DNA of 64,000 nt from the NCBI RefSeq assembly GCF_900079725.1, contig NZ_LT599032.1, positions 1,170,871 through 1,234,870 of the forward strand, given 5' to 3'. Position numbers and translations under genes: made by a program. Numbering within the stretch: the first letter of the stretch is position 1; every line of letters begins with the position of its first letter. Below are positions 46,881-57,898 of this stretch, one piece after another. The notes beneath the pieces are model-generated. The model saw nothing but the letters and a program-made list of their open reading frames with translations, was not told where the DNA came from and made no database searches. Origin of the DNA: an uncultured Dysgonomonas sp. (lineage in GTDB: Bacteria > Bacteroidota > Bacteroidia > Bacteroidales > Dysgonomonadaceae).

Positions 46881-47549
46881 TTATGGATTTATCAGGAATA
46901 GTACCGCCCTGTTTTTGTCATTGTCAAGTTCGAACGGTTGTAACCCGTCACCTTTCCAGTTAACGGAAATCCTATTCTTATTGATACCATACTTTTCTTC
47001 CAACGCCTTTGCCACTGCATTTGACCTCTCTTTAGAGAGACGCAGGTTAATTGCCGCATTACCGGTTTTCTTATCTGCGTAACCTGTAACCACTACAGTA
47101 GATCCCGCATTTGCGTTCAGATAATTAACAGCAAGCTCAATTTTAGCCCACTCTGCCTGATCTATCACCCATTTATTGATTCGGAAAAATACCGGATCAG
47201 GCAAAAAGAATGGCTTACCTTTTACAGGAGGTTCAGGAGCCGGGGTCTGAGGTAATGTCGGTTGAGTAACTTCTATTTTAGGGTCTTCGGGTTGTGGAGC
47301 CGGAGGAGCAAAAATATCGGGACAATCGAAATATTTTCTGCGCTTAGCCATATTCGACTGGCTCACACTTAATTGTTGTGCACTTCTTTTTACCACTATC
47401 ACTTCCTCTCCGCTATTCAGTTGGAGAAGTATAGAATCTCTGGAAGTTTCACAATTGCAAGGGTCCGGATTAGCCTTATTGTCTTGCGCACTTAAAGAAA
47501 AAGTCAGTACCCAAAACAGGATTGGCAGTAATAAAAATCTCATTTTCAT
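46881..47549 (-). CDS. OmpA-family peptidoglycan-associated protein
   Basis: 222 aa. Signal peptide, Pro-rich linker, and a C-terminal OmpA_C-like domain (VVVTGYADKKTGNAAINLRLSKERSNAV). Confidence 0.8.
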   Translation of the reverse strand: MKMRFLLLPILFWVLTFSLSAQDNKANPDPCNCETSRDSILLQLNSGEEVIVVKRSAQQLSVSQSNMAKRRKYFDCPDIFAPPAPQPEDPKIEVTQPTLPQTPAPEPPVKGKPFFLPDPVFFRINKWVIDQAEWAKIELAVNYLNANAGSTVVVTGYADKKTGNAAINLRLSKERSNAVAKALEEKYGINKNRISVNWKGDGLQPFELDNDKNRAVLFLINP

Positions 47550-47617
47550 AATTTCATATGGTGTTAAGGTAATACCTATTTACAGTTTTAGTGAGTTCAA
47601 AAGTTTTTTCTAGAATA

Positions 47618-47625
47618 CAAATTTA
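47618..47625 (-). promoter_or_regulatory. candidate -7 box (TAaaTTTG on minus strand) for the OmpA-family gene
   Basis: Plus-strand CAAATTTA lies 68 bp upstream of the ATG at 47549. Confidence 0.35.
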
Positions 47626-47836
47626 TACATTATTCTCAAATTATTTTTTATTTTTTATGAAAAGATTCATTTTTAACGATAAATATGAGTAATTCAGCTA
47701 TTTAATCGGAGGTAGAATCGTTTTCATCCAACTTTAAGGACAGATAATAATCTATATTGATAAAAAGCAACAAACAGTGAAATATAAATAAAACACTACT
47801 TTTGTTACTCTTTTATACATTTCACAAAAAAAAATA

Positions 47837-49294
47837 ATGGAGCAAGAAACAATCATAGAAATATCGGCGGCCATACCCCGCTTGGAGCATCTACAATTTG
47901 AAGAAGCCATCAACTGGCAGATAAAAAGCAGGGAGCACTGGGCAGTCATAGGTCCTAATGGAAGCGGAAAAACGATATTAATAGACATTCTACTGGGAAA
48001 ATACGCCCTTAAATCCGGTGAAATAATCTGCAAGAACAGCAAAGGGGAAAACCTGTCGATATCATCTGTAGCCAAAAGCGTCGCCTTCCGCGACATATAC
48101 AGCATCATTGATTCCCAAAACAGTTATTACCAGCAACGATGGAACAAGGGCGACGAACAGGAAATACCACAGGTCAAAGAGCTTGTATCCAAAGCCGACC
48201 CTATATGGCTGAACACCTTACTGGAGTGGTTTGGCATATCTGAATTGATGGATAAGGAAGTGAATATGTTATCGAGCGGAGAGCTTCGCAAGTTCCTTAT
48301 CGTGCGCTCATTACTATCGAGACCGCGCATTCTTATACTCGACAATCCGTTTATAGGCCTGGATGCGGCTTCACGAAATGTATTGAACGACTTGCTGGCA
48401 CGTCTGGCTGAATTGGAAAATCTGCAAATCGTACTAATTCTCTCCAATCCGCACGATATACCCGAAGCTATCACGCACGTACTACCCGTATACAATAAAA
48501 AAGTGCTGCCAGCCATATCCTGTAAAAGTTTTCTTAGCGATACAGATTTGAGCGACTTACTATTTACTAAAACAGAAAAACCGGCCATCGCTTCCCTGAA
48601 GAATGATTTCGACAACCAATCATATTCCTTCGAATACGCTGCGGATATGAAAAATATACACATCCGTTATGGAGACCGCACAATACTAAAAGATCTGAAT
48701 TGGCAGGTAAAGCGTGGCGAAAAATGGGCATTACTAGGTGTCAACGGTTCAGGAAAATCGACCCTGCTTAGCCTTATCTGCGGAGATAATCCGCAAGCCT
48801 ACGCAAACGACATCACTCTCTTCGACCGGAAGAGAGGAACAGGAGAAAGCATCTGGGATATAAAGAAAAGGATCGGTTATGTTTCGCCTGAGATGCATTT
48901 ATATTATCAGAAAAATGTAAGATGCCTCGATGTGGTAGGTTCAGGATTCTTCGACACCATCGGTCTTTACCGCAAATGCAATCCGGAACAGGAAAGCCTT
49001 GCGCTGAAATGGATGGAAGCCTTCAATATCGGCCACCTCAAAGATATCTCGTTCCTCAATGTATCTTCAGGAGAGCAACGCTTAGTCCTATTGGTACGGG
49101 TATTTATAAAAAATCCCGATTTACTGATTCTGGATGAACCGCTTCACGGACTTGATATAGCGAATAAAAAACGTGTAAAAAAACTGATAGAAGATTTCTG
49201 TGATAAGGACAAATCCTTGATATATGTTACACATTACGAAGACGAAATACCTGATGTTGTAAATAAACGGCTGGTACTGACCAAAAATGTATAA
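47837..49294 (+). CDS. tandem-ATPase ABC protein (ModF-like, no membrane domain)
   Basis: 485 aa with two NBDs. Walker A motifs GPNGSGKT and GVNGSGKST, signatures LSSGELRK and VSSGEQRL. Confidence 0.85.
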   Translation: MEQETIIEISAAIPRLEHLQFEEAINWQIKSREHWAVIGPNGSGKTILIDILLGKYALKSGEIICKNSKGENLSISSVAKSVAFRDIYSIIDSQNSYYQQRWNKGDEQEIPQVKELVSKADPIWLNTLLEWFGISELMDKEVNMLSSGELRKFLIVRSLLSRPRILILDNPFIGLDAASRNVLNDLLARLAELENLQIVLILSNPHDIPEAITHVLPVYNKKVLPAISCKSFLSDTDLSDLLFTKTEKPAIASLKNDFDNQSYSFEYAADMKNIHIRYGDRTILKDLNWQVKRGEKWALLGVNGSGKSTLLSLICGDNPQAYANDITLFDRKRGTGESIWDIKKRIGYVSPEMHLYYQKNVRCLDVVGSGFFDTIGLYRKCNPEQESLALKWMEAFNIGHLKDISFLNVSSGEQRLVLLVRVFIKNPDLLILDEPLHGLDIANKKRVKKLIEDFCDKDKSLIYVTHYEDEIPDVVNKRLVLTKNV

Positions 49295-49372
49295 ACGCCA
49301 GACTGACCCGCATAATCTAAACATTGCAAGCTATAAATTGTTAATATAAATAAATATAAACAATATAATTTT

Positions 49373-49891
49373 ATGAAGACAATACTATACTTTGCTGCTA
49401 TGACCTTATTGATTTCTGCATGCGGACAAAACAAAAGTAATGACATCCCGAAATCCGCCCCGGTTGTAAATGCATCTCAATCGGAGAGTAATCTCCAAAA
49501 TCTGAAAAACGTGGAACTAACAGATGTAGATGGTTATTTTTCAACAAAGAGAGTCACATCTCCCGAAGTTATGCTGCTGAACGAAATGGATTTCGACAAG
49601 CACTTTCACCCGGCCAAAACATTAGATAATGTATTGACTTTGATCGATTTTGACACGCAAAGGGCAGGTGCTATTATCTTACCAGAGACAAAGAATGATG
49701 TCACTATCTCGCTTGACAGTTCGTACCTGAAAGGGAGAACACTCAATATAGTATACTCCATCATGCAGGAATCTGCCGAACGCTCGTTTACAATAACTCC
49801 AGCGAAAATTTTCACCTTCGATGCAAGCCTAAGCATAGATTCAGTTGCTTTCTATAATGGCAATTCAATTGTAAAGTTCGCTGTTAAATAA
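49373..49891 (+). CDS. small lipoprotein of unknown function
   Basis: 172 aa with signal peptide and lipobox (LISAC). Confidence 0.6.
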   Translation: MKTILYFAAMTLLISACGQNKSNDIPKSAPVVNASQSESNLQNLKNVELTDVDGYFSTKRVTSPEVMLLNEMDFDKHFHPAKTLDNVLTLIDFDTQRAGAIILPETKNDVTISLDSSYLKGRTLNIVYSIMQESAERSFTITPAKIFTFDASLSIDSVAFYNGNSIVKFAVK

Positions 49892-49902
49892 TACAGAACA
49901 TA

Positions 49903-49944
49903 AAGAAGGGGATAAACAACAGTTGCTTATCCCCTTCTTTTATT
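49903..49944. terminator. bidirectional terminator hairpin between convergent genes
   Basis: AAGAAGGGGATAA (49903-49915) is the perfect complement of TTATCCCCTTCTT (49927-39939 reading 49927-49939), followed by a T-run. Confidence 0.75.
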
Positions 49945-49955
49945 TTATCCGGCAA

Positions 49956-50426
49956 TCAGAATCTCACACCATATCCCAACATGATATTGGCATTATCTAC
50001 ATCCTGGAACGAATATTTAAATTCTACGTTCAAATAACCATTATTACCTATATCGAAACTACCTCCGGCTCCTATATTCACACCGAAATCAGTACTGCTA
50101 TCGGAATATCCGCCAATAGATAAGCGATTATTTACCATGGCAACACCAGCCAATGGATATAATGAAAAACCGCTCTGTATAGGAAATACATAATGTATAT
50201 TTGCATTAAAATCCAATCCGGTCAAATGATTATTTGGAAAATAAAAAGTAAAATCAGGAGCCAGACGGAGATTGTTGGTAATAGAATAGCGTCCTTCAAC
50301 ACCTAAACCAAATCTTTCATAATCCGTTTGATATCCGGCTTTAACTAATACTGACTTGGAACCGCTTTGAGAAAAAGCCCCAATAGAGAGCCCTGCCAGG
50401 ACTAATACTAAGAGTAATTTTTTCAT
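49956..50426 (-). CDS. small outer-membrane beta-barrel (OmpW/porin-family-like) protein
   Basis: 156 aa. Signal peptide, alternating Gly/aromatic strands, and a C-terminal ...GYGVRF beta-signal. Confidence 0.75.
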   Translation of the reverse strand: MKKLLLVLVLAGLSIGAFSQSGSKSVLVKAGYQTDYERFGLGVEGRYSITNNLRLAPDFTFYFPNNHLTGLDFNANIHYVFPIQSGFSLYPLAGVAMVNNRLSIGGYSDSSTDFGVNIGAGGSFDIGNNGYLNVEFKYSFQDVDNANIMLGYGVRF

Positions 50427-50628
50427 TTTGTGATAAAATTAGTTTATAAATAAGTGAATCTTTATCGATTTTCTTTAATCTATAACAACAGAATTATTAA
50501 TTAGGTTCATTCACTGGTATTACTTATCAAGAAAAGAATCCCTTTGGTGAACTCATTTTTTATGCGTTTTTATGCTCTTTGTAAAAAAATTATTACTTTT
50601 GAATTAGGATTAAAAAAGTCTATTAAAA

Positions 50629-51180
50629 ATGGTATTCAGATTTTTACTTTTATCGGATGAAGTAGAAGACTTCAAACGTGAAATTCAGATAGATGCAGAT
50701 GCTACATTCTTTGATCTGCACAAAGCTATAGTCAAATCGGTCGACTACAAAGAAGGCGAAATGACTTCATTTTTCATTTGCAGCGACGATTGGGAAAAAG
50801 AGCAGGAAATTACCCTGGTGGAAATGGATACAAGCCCCGAAGAAGATTCCTATACGATGGAGGCATCTATATTAAACGACTTTCTGGAAGATGAACGCCA
50901 AAAACTGATGTATGTTTTCGATTATCTGACCGAACGCGCATTCTTCATGGAATTACGCGAAATTATCACAGGAAAGAATCTCGATGAAGCCATCTGTACT
51001 AAATCTATTGGTAATCCGCCTGCACAGGTCGTTGATTTCGACACTGTAGCGGCCACATCTACCACCCTCGATATAGGTGAGAATTTCTATGGTGACGAAG
51101 GCTATGACATGGACGAACTCGACGCTGAAGGTTTCGATGGTCTGGATAATGCCCCGCTACCGAGCGACGAGGAGTATTGA
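50629..51180 (+). CDS. acidic cytoplasmic protein, pRiA4b ORF-3-like (PRiA4_ORF3) fold suspected
   Basis: 183 aa. The N-terminal region ([32 protein letters not shown]) and a very acidic C-terminus. Its stop overlaps the miaA start. Confidence 0.5.
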   Translation: MVFRFLLLSDEVEDFKREIQIDADATFFDLHKAIVKSVDYKEGEMTSFFICSDDWEKEQEITLVEMDTSPEEDSYTMEASILNDFLEDERQKLMYVFDYLTERAFFMELREIITGKNLDEAICTKSIGNPPAQVVDFDTVAATSTTLDIGENFYGDEGYDMDELDAEGFDGLDNAPLPSDEEY

Positions 51181-52094
51181 TGAAACAGCTTATAGTCCTG
51201 CTTGGCCCTACAGGCGTAGGGAAAACGGCGCTTAGTCTCAACCTTGCAGAGTACTATCATTCACCTATCATTTCAGCGGATTCGCGGCAATTCTTCAAAG
51301 GATTGGAAATAGGTACTGCTGCACCAACGACAGAACAATTGTCGCAAGTGCGGCATTTTCTTGTTGGCATGCTCGGTATCACAGACTATTACAGTGCCAG
51401 CGAATTTGAACGGGATGCATTGGATATAATAGCTGAGCAGCATAAGACACATGACGTCCTGGTTGCCACAGGTGGCTCCATGATGTATATAGATGCATTG
51501 TGTAACGGCATAGACGATGTGCCCACAATAGACGAGGAACTAAGGAAAGAGTTATATGACCTTTACGAAAAAGACGGATTAGAACCTATCCGTGCACAAT
51601 TAAAAGCCCTCGATCCTGATTTTTACAACATAGTAGACCTCAAAAATCACAAACGGGTGATCCATGCACTGGAAGTATGCCTGATGACAGGCAAACCATA
51701 TTCCTCTTTCCGTACCAATACAAAGAAGCCACGACCATTCAATATCGTAAAGATAGGATTGATGCGTGAACGTGAACAGCTTTACGAACGTATCAACCGA
51801 CGGGTGGATGAGATGATGGAACAAGGCCTGCTCGAAGAAGCGAAACAATACTACCCGCAACGCCAGCTCAACTCCCTGAATACAGTAGGATATAAAGAAC
51901 TGTTTAAACACTTCGACGGTGAATGGACCCTTGATTTCGCTATTAACAAAATTAAACAAAACAGCCGCATCTATTCCCGTAAACAAATGACATGGTTTAA
52001 GCGGGATAAAGATATACACTGGATAAACCTGTCGGAAACAACTGAAGAAGAAGCTTTACTGCAAATAATTTCTATAGCTGGTAATCATCTGTAA
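51180..52094 (+). CDS. miaA: tRNA dimethylallyltransferase
   Basis: P-loop [12 protein letters not shown] motif ([17 protein letters not shown]), and a typical length. I prefer the ATG at 51180 to the TTG at 51177. Confidence 0.9.
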   Translation: MKQLIVLLGPTGVGKTALSLNLAEYYHSPIISADSRQFFKGLEIGTAAPTTEQLSQVRHFLVGMLGITDYYSASEFERDALDIIAEQHKTHDVLVATGGSMMYIDALCNGIDDVPTIDEELRKELYDLYEKDGLEPIRAQLKALDPDFYNIVDLKNHKRVIHALEVCLMTGKPYSSFRTNTKKPRPFNIVKIGLMREREQLYERINRRVDEMMEQGLLEEAKQYYPQRQLNSLNTVGYKELFKHFDGEWTLDFAINKIKQNSRIYSRKQMTWFKRDKDIHWINLSETTEEEALLQIISIAGNHL

Positions 52095-52114
52095 TTTTTT
52101 CCTACCTTAGACGT

Positions 52115-53320
52115 ATGAAACGAGGACACGCCGACTTACCCCTCCACTATGGAACTGTGCCCCCTTGGCTGGCTCAGCGAATGAGCCTTCTGGGCGGAGC
52201 CATTGCCGAAGCCATCGTTATCGAATATGGGCGCCCGGCATTGTTGCAGCGTCTTAGCGACCCGTTCTGGTTTCAGTCATTAGGCTGTGTATTGGGTATG
52301 GACTGGCACTCGTCGGGAATAACCACCTCTGTGATGAATGCTTTGAAAAAGGCAATAAACAAACGTTCTGCCGAGTTGGGCATCTACGTTTGTGGCGGAC
52401 GTGGAAAATCGTCACGGCAAACACCTGCCGAACTTATCGAGATAGCTAATAAAACCGGTTTAGACGGAGATGAGCTGGTTAGAAACAGTAAATTATCGGC
52501 TAAGGTGGATAACACAGCCGTTCAGGATGGCTACCAACTATATCTGCATTCTTTTGTTGTAACCATCGATGGAGAATGGACTGTTATCCAGCAGGGCATG
52601 AATGGGAACAACCGTATGGCACGGCGTTATCACTGGCTTTCGTCGTCACTTGAATCCTTTATGGAAGAGCCTCATACTTCTGTCTGCGGAAAGAATCAGG
52701 GTTTAATACTAAACCTGACAGATAAGCTCGCTGTACCAACAAAAGAGGGGATAATGGAACTGACAAAAGAAACTCCGGATAAACTGATAAATGAGGTTTC
52801 CATCATTTTGCCGAACCATCATGACGTACGATCCGAAGATGTAAATCTGAAACGTCTGGGAGCCGCGCTCATTCTTGCCCACGAAACCAATGTTTCTGAT
52901 ATAGAATCACTCTTGCTGCTCGAAGGTGTGGGACCACGCACATTACAATCGCTTACTCTGGTCAGCGAAGTGATACATGGCACACCTTCACGGTTTTCCG
53001 ACCCGGCACGCTTCTCTTTCGCACACGGAGGGAAAGACGGGCATCCGTTCCCGGTTCCGACCCAGGTATATGATGAGACGATCGAAATATTCGACAAAGC
53101 TATCCATCAGGCAAAACTGGGAGATAAAGACAAATCGGAGGCGCTCAAAAACCTTTCCAAAATATCGCAGGATATGGAGAAAGGATATACCCCGAGCAAT
53201 TACTTTGACGACTTGGTACAACACGAGCGGAATACTTCATACAAATATGGAGGTAAAACCGTATTCGGTGATGCAAGAAAACCGAAGGACGAAGGGACGC
53301 AGTTGAAACTGTGGGACTGA
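52115..53320 (+). CDS. DUF763-family protein
   Basis: 401 aa. The N-terminal block ADLPLHYGTVPPWLAQRM...LSDPFWFQSLGCVLGMDWHSSGITTSV matches my recollection of DUF763. Confidence 0.65.
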   Translation: MKRGHADLPLHYGTVPPWLAQRMSLLGGAIAEAIVIEYGRPALLQRLSDPFWFQSLGCVLGMDWHSSGITTSVMNALKKAINKRSAELGIYVCGGRGKSSRQTPAELIEIANKTGLDGDELVRNSKLSAKVDNTAVQDGYQLYLHSFVVTIDGEWTVIQQGMNGNNRMARRYHWLSSSLESFMEEPHTSVCGKNQGLILNLTDKLAVPTKEGIMELTKETPDKLINEVSIILPNHHDVRSEDVNLKRLGAALILAHETNVSDIESLLLLEGVGPRTLQSLTLVSEVIHGTPSRFSDPARFSFAHGGKDGHPFPVPTQVYDETIEIFDKAIHQAKLGDKDKSEALKNLSKISQDMEKGYTPSNYFDDLVQHERNTSYKYGGKTVFGDARKPKDEGTQLKLWD

Positions 53321-53421
53321 CTACAAGATTAGATTCTGCTTAATACAGAGCGAAGTATGCTTGTTTCACGGAATAAATTCGTAATTTTGCAGTCTCTTTA
53401 TAAAACTTTAAAATAAGCCGA

Positions 53422-55113
53422 ATGATTGCCGCCATAGTATGCTGGGTCTTAACAACACTTGTTTTCTTCTCATTTGGAGATATTTTCATCAGCCTTTATT
53501 CGAAAGTCCTGAAAAGGAAAGAAAGCTATTCTTTCTTTGAGACATTTCTCATCGGCTTGTGTGTTACCGGGACAATAATCTGTATATCATCCATCTGGTT
53601 GCCTTCCGATATAAAGATCGCCCTTGCTCTGGGTGTAATCTCAGTCTTCTATCTGATTGCTGTCAGAAGAAAAGATATCGTAAGCAAAGGACGTGCAACA
53701 ATCAAAAGCCTGTCGCCATTACAGATTATCTTAATCGGCTCTGCCGGATTACTATTTATGCTATTCTTCCTGGTTCCGCCTCAATTCCCTGATATATACT
53801 ATTATCACATGCAAAATATATTGTGGAATGAGCAATACCATGTTGTGCCCGGACTGGCAAATCTGGAAGAACGTTTCGGTTTCAACAGCAACCTGTTCCT
53901 CTTATGCTCTGTATTTGGCCTGCGCCCGCTATTCAGTGAATTTGTATTTGGGATAAATGCACTATGCATGGCATTTATGATGATATATATTGTAAGGCAG
54001 GCAAGCCACCGTCAGTTATTCCTTACAGCGCTATTCATCGCAGTATTCATACCGTTCTTTATGGAATATAAAACACATATAGGTTGTTCTTCTGCCGATT
54101 TGCTTCCCAATTTACTTATTATATACCTGTTGTTTATGCTTTTGACAGACCAGCAAAACCTCAGGAAGAAAAGTATCCTGTTCTGGCTGATACCGATATT
54201 CTGCATTACGCTGAAAGTATCCACTGTATTTATATGCCTCGTATCACTGTATCTTCTTATTCTGCTTATCAAAGAGAAAGATTATAAAGCCACTACATTT
54301 ATCTGCATTATTGCCCTGATAGTCGTTGCCCCATGGCTGGTACGCAATGTTATCATATCGGGCTACCTGATACACCCCTACCCTGCTGTCGACTTATTCA
54401 CGTTCGATTGGAAACTACCTGTTGAATACTCCATAGAATCGAAACGGTATATCGAATCTTTCGCCATCAGTTACGATGCCATGTATAATTCCAGTGATTA
54501 TATTCTGGATATGCCCTTGGCGGTAAAAGTCCAGAAATGGCTGGGTGAAAGGCATCCTCTGGATATTTGCATTGCAGGTGCAGGACTGGCATCTCCACTG
54601 CTGATGCTAGGTGCATTATTTAGAAAGAAAGGAATTATAAAAAATTATTCTACGCTACTGCTTGTCTGGATTATAGGGCTGATGGCCTTTATATTCTGGT
54701 TGGTAATGGCTCCGGCTGTAAGGTTCGGATATGGATTTATAGCTATTATATTTTCCATCCCTGTATATCTGCTATTCAAAGATTTGAAAAATCCGGCCAG
54801 GTTTCTATCAACCAATGTATTGCTGATAGCTACAATAGCCTATTTCGGCGTATTATCTGTTCGTTACTTCCTTGTTGTAAAAGAACCTTACGTTTCTTAT
54901 ACAGAAATACTCCGTAAGCCGCAAAGTATACAAACGCGTCTCGACAAATATCCCGTAACAATGGAAGTATTCAATTTGAACAATATAGACTTCTATAAAC
55001 CCCTTGATGGTGGTTGCTACGATCATGCTTTACCATGCAGCAATAATTATATAAAGAATCTGGAGATGAGAGGTAAAACTTTGCAGGAAGGTTTCAGGGA
55101 AAAGAAGAATTAA
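53422..55113 (+). CDS. large polytopic membrane protein (O-antigen-polymerase/LIC_10190-like topology)
   Basis: 563 aa with about 14 TM helices and a short soluble C-terminal domain. The family call is tentative. Confidence 0.55.
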   Translation: MIAAIVCWVLTTLVFFSFGDIFISLYSKVLKRKESYSFFETFLIGLCVTGTIICISSIWLPSDIKIALALGVISVFYLIAVRRKDIVSKGRATIKSLSPLQIILIGSAGLLFMLFFLVPPQFPDIYYYHMQNILWNEQYHVVPGLANLEERFGFNSNLFLLCSVFGLRPLFSEFVFGINALCMAFMMIYIVRQASHRQLFLTALFIAVFIPFFMEYKTHIGCSSADLLPNLLIIYLLFMLLTDQQNLRKKSILFWLIPIFCITLKVSTVFICLVSLYLLILLIKEKDYKATTFICIIALIVVAPWLVRNVIISGYLIHPYPAVDLFTFDWKLPVEYSIESKRYIESFAISYDAMYNSSDYILDMPLAVKVQKWLGERHPLDICIAGAGLASPLLMLGALFRKKGIIKNYSTLLLVWIIGLMAFIFWLVMAPAVRFGYGFIAIIFSIPVYLLFKDLKNPARFLSTNVLLIATIAYFGVLSVRYFLVVKEPYVSYTEILRKPQSIQTRLDKYPVTMEVFNLNNIDFYKPLDGGCYDHALPCSNNYIKNLEMRGKTLQEGFREKKN

Positions 55114-55304
55114 AAGTATCGAAGACTGAACTATACAATTTATCAGGTGTTTAACCGTTGATAAGTAACAGTATAAAGTTTAAAGGTACGCTATCAAATC
55201 AGTAGTAGCTATTGCAGTTGTAAATACAAAAATAATAAATGAGTCTGAGACCTTTACAAATAAATTATCGTTACTTTGCATACCATAATCCACTAAGTTT
55301 GTGA

Positions 55305-56258
55305 ATGAGGTTTAAATATATCATATTATCCGTTTTGTTTCTTGTCTTTGGTTTCAGTACTGTTTACGGACAGTGGGATGCCCAGATAAGCCAGTACTGG
55401 CGGATGAAAAACTTCTACAATCCTGCCTTTATCGGCGAAACGGGCAATATAGAAAGCTCAATGCTACACCGCCGCCAGTGGGTAGGTATGACCAATGCCC
55501 CCGTCACCTCTGTTGTTTCACTGAATATGCCCGTTAATTTCTTAGGGAAAGAGCATGGTATTGGAGCTATAGTTACAAACGAAAAAGCGGGACTGTTTTC
55601 TAACACATATTTTCTCGGACAATATGCTTATAAGTTTAAGTTTAAGAACAATAAGGTATTGCATATAGGATTACAAGGCGGTTTGCTCAATGTGAATTTT
55701 GATGCTGCCGGTATACGCATCCCTAACAGCGACTACCATACCCCGGGAGATCAGGATCCTGCATTCCCCTCGGCTGCGGGGAGTAAAATCATTGATGCGG
55801 GGCTGGGAATAGCATGGATTGCTCCCAACTATTATATAGGATTATCGGCTACCCACCTTTGGGAACCGAAGTTTGACCTGAACGACAACAGTTCGGCTTT
55901 CGTAGGCCGTGCTTATTATTTGATGGGGGGATACAATATAAAGCTGAATAATCCGTTGATAGAATTGCAGCCTTCTGCCTTCTTTAAATCTGATGCTGTG
56001 ACCTATCAGTTTGATATTACGGCAAAAATTGAATATAATAAGCTGTTCAATGGAGGAATATCTTGGAGAAAAGACGAAGGTTTTGTATTTTTGTTGGGCG
56101 TAAAAATAAGGAACATAGACGCAGGCTATTCATACGACTTATTGACATCGGATGTGTCGACAGTCAGTCATGGAAGCCATGAGCTGTTTATACGCTACAG
56201 CATTCCGTTACAAAAGAAACGGGAAGTAAAAGCAAGCAAGAGTATAAGGATATTATAA
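55305..56258 (+). CDS. type IX secretion system membrane protein, PorP/SprF family
   Basis: 317 aa. Signal peptide then QWDAQISQYWRMKNFYNPAFIG, the hallmark PorP/SprF N-terminus, and a beta-barrel-like remainder. Confidence 0.8.
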   Translation: MRFKYIILSVLFLVFGFSTVYGQWDAQISQYWRMKNFYNPAFIGETGNIESSMLHRRQWVGMTNAPVTSVVSLNMPVNFLGKEHGIGAIVTNEKAGLFSNTYFLGQYAYKFKFKNNKVLHIGLQGGLLNVNFDAAGIRIPNSDYHTPGDQDPAFPSAAGSKIIDAGLGIAWIAPNYYIGLSATHLWEPKFDLNDNSSAFVGRAYYLMGGYNIKLNNPLIELQPSAFFKSDAVTYQFDITAKIEYNKLFNGGISWRKDEGFVFLLGVKIRNIDAGYSYDLLTSDVSTVSHGSHELFIRYSIPLQKKREVKASKSIRIL

Positions 56259-56409
56259 AAGTTATAAATTATAAGTTATGAATTGCTATCATTACAATAC
56301 AACTTGTTTATTTGTATCTTGCAGATTAAAAAATATATTTTACAAAATTACGACAAACAATTAACATCAAGCCTAAAAAATAAGTAGCCGAAGGCTAACA
56401 GACATATAT

Positions 56410-57834
56410 ATGAAACAACTGTTTTTTGTAACTATAGCTTCACTTGTATTACTGGCTTCCTGCGGAAGGTCGACAGGTGGTTCAGGCATTGGCGGTGAAG
56501 TAACGGGCGAAAAAGGCTCATCATGGGCCGAACCGTCACCTTACGGTATGGTACTGGTATCGAGAGGTTCGATAGAAATGGGCCCTGCCGAAAACGATTC
56601 CCTGTGGGATATAAAAGCCAATCCGAAAGGTGTATCCGTCGATAACTTCTGGATGGACGAAACCGAGGTGACTAACTCTAAGTATCGCCAGTTTGTATAT
56701 TGGGTACGGGATTCTATTATTCGAGAACGTTTGGCAGACCCGGCTTTCGGAGGTGATGAAACCTTCAAAATAACTGAAGACCGTTACGGTGAACCTGTAA
56801 AACCTTATTTGGACTGGAAAAAGCCAATCCCCAAAAGACCTTTGGAAGAGGAAGAGCGTGCCATCAACAGTGTAACTACCATTCATCCGATCACAGGAAA
56901 GAGAGGCTTGGATCCTACCCAAATGAATTTCAAATACGAATGGTTCGACTATACGGAAGCGGCCAAACGCAGAAACAGGCTGAATCCACAAGACCGGATT
57001 TTAAATACGGACATAACTGTAGATCCCACCCAAGTGGTAATGATTTCGAAAGATACAGCATATATAAATGAAGAAGGACTTCCGGTGAACGAAACAATCG
57101 TCCGCCCTTTGAGTTCGCTCTTCGACTTTGTCCACACCAAGATTGTAAATATATATCCTGATACGACAGTTTGGGTAAATGACTTCAATAATGCGTACAA
57201 CGAGCCTTATATGAGGATGTACTTCTCTCATCCGGGTTACAACGACTATCCTGTAGTCGGCGTTTCGTGGGAACAGGCTACAGCTTTTGCCGAATGGCGT
57301 ACAATGTTTTACCGTATGGGACAACAGAAGAATGCCCGGCCGATAGAGAATTTCCGCTTACCTACCGAAGGTGAATGGGAATTTGCCGCACGAAACGGGC
57401 GTAGCGAGAATAAATATCCATGGGACAGAGAAGGCACAATGGACGAAAAAGCCTGCTTCATGGCTAACTTCAAACCGGGAGAAGGAAACTATACCAAAGA
57501 CGGAAACCTGATACCTTCGCGTGTAGCATCTTATATTCCAAACCGCTTTGGGATATACGACATGGCAGGAAACGTATCGGAATGGACATCGACATCTTAT
57601 ACAGAATCAGGCACAGAACTGATGAATGATATGAATCCGCAATACAAATACGATGCAGCAAAGGAAGACCCTTATGCTATAAAGAAAAAAGTTGTAAAAG
57701 GCGGTTCGTGGAAAGACATAGGACGCAATATCAGAGGAGATATGAGAGAAGGTGAATTCCAGAACCAACCACGCTCTTACATCGGATTCAGATGTGTAAG
57801 AACACAAATAGGCTTTGCAAAATCAAAGAAATGA
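56410..57834 (+). CDS. porK: T9SS lipoprotein PorK/GldK (SUMF1/FGE-fold)
   Basis: 474 aa with lipobox (LLASC). Motifs FWMDETEVTNSKYRQFVYWVRDS, YPDTTVWVNDFNNAYNEPYMRMYFSHPGYNDYPVVGVSWEQA, GGSWKD and GFRCV. The size matches PorK rather than GldJ. Confidence 0.8.
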   Translation: MKQLFFVTIASLVLLASCGRSTGGSGIGGEVTGEKGSSWAEPSPYGMVLVSRGSIEMGPAENDSLWDIKANPKGVSVDNFWMDETEVTNSKYRQFVYWVRDSIIRERLADPAFGGDETFKITEDRYGEPVKPYLDWKKPIPKRPLEEEERAINSVTTIHPITGKRGLDPTQMNFKYEWFDYTEAAKRRNRLNPQDRILNTDITVDPTQVVMISKDTAYINEEGLPVNETIVRPLSSLFDFVHTKIVNIYPDTTVWVNDFNNAYNEPYMRMYFSHPGYNDYPVVGVSWEQATAFAEWRTMFYRMGQQKNARPIENFRLPTEGEWEFAARNGRSENKYPWDREGTMDEKACFMANFKPGEGNYTKDGNLIPSRVASYIPNRFGIYDMAGNVSEWTSTSYTESGTELMNDMNPQYKYDAAKEDPYAIKKKVVKGGSWKDIGRNIRGDMREGEFQNQPRSYIGFRCVRTQIGFAKSKK

Positions 57835-57848
57835 AGATATTAATTAAA

Positions 57849-57876
57849 AATGAATAATTAATAATTAATAATGGCG
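57849..57876. repeat. AAT-type heptamer run in the porK-porN spacer
   Basis: AATGAAT AATTAAT AATTAAT AATGGCG. This is the same type as 12763-12797 and, inverted, about 59712-59740. Confidence 0.55.
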
Positions 57877-57898
57877 TAAGCGACTTGTAACTAAAATA

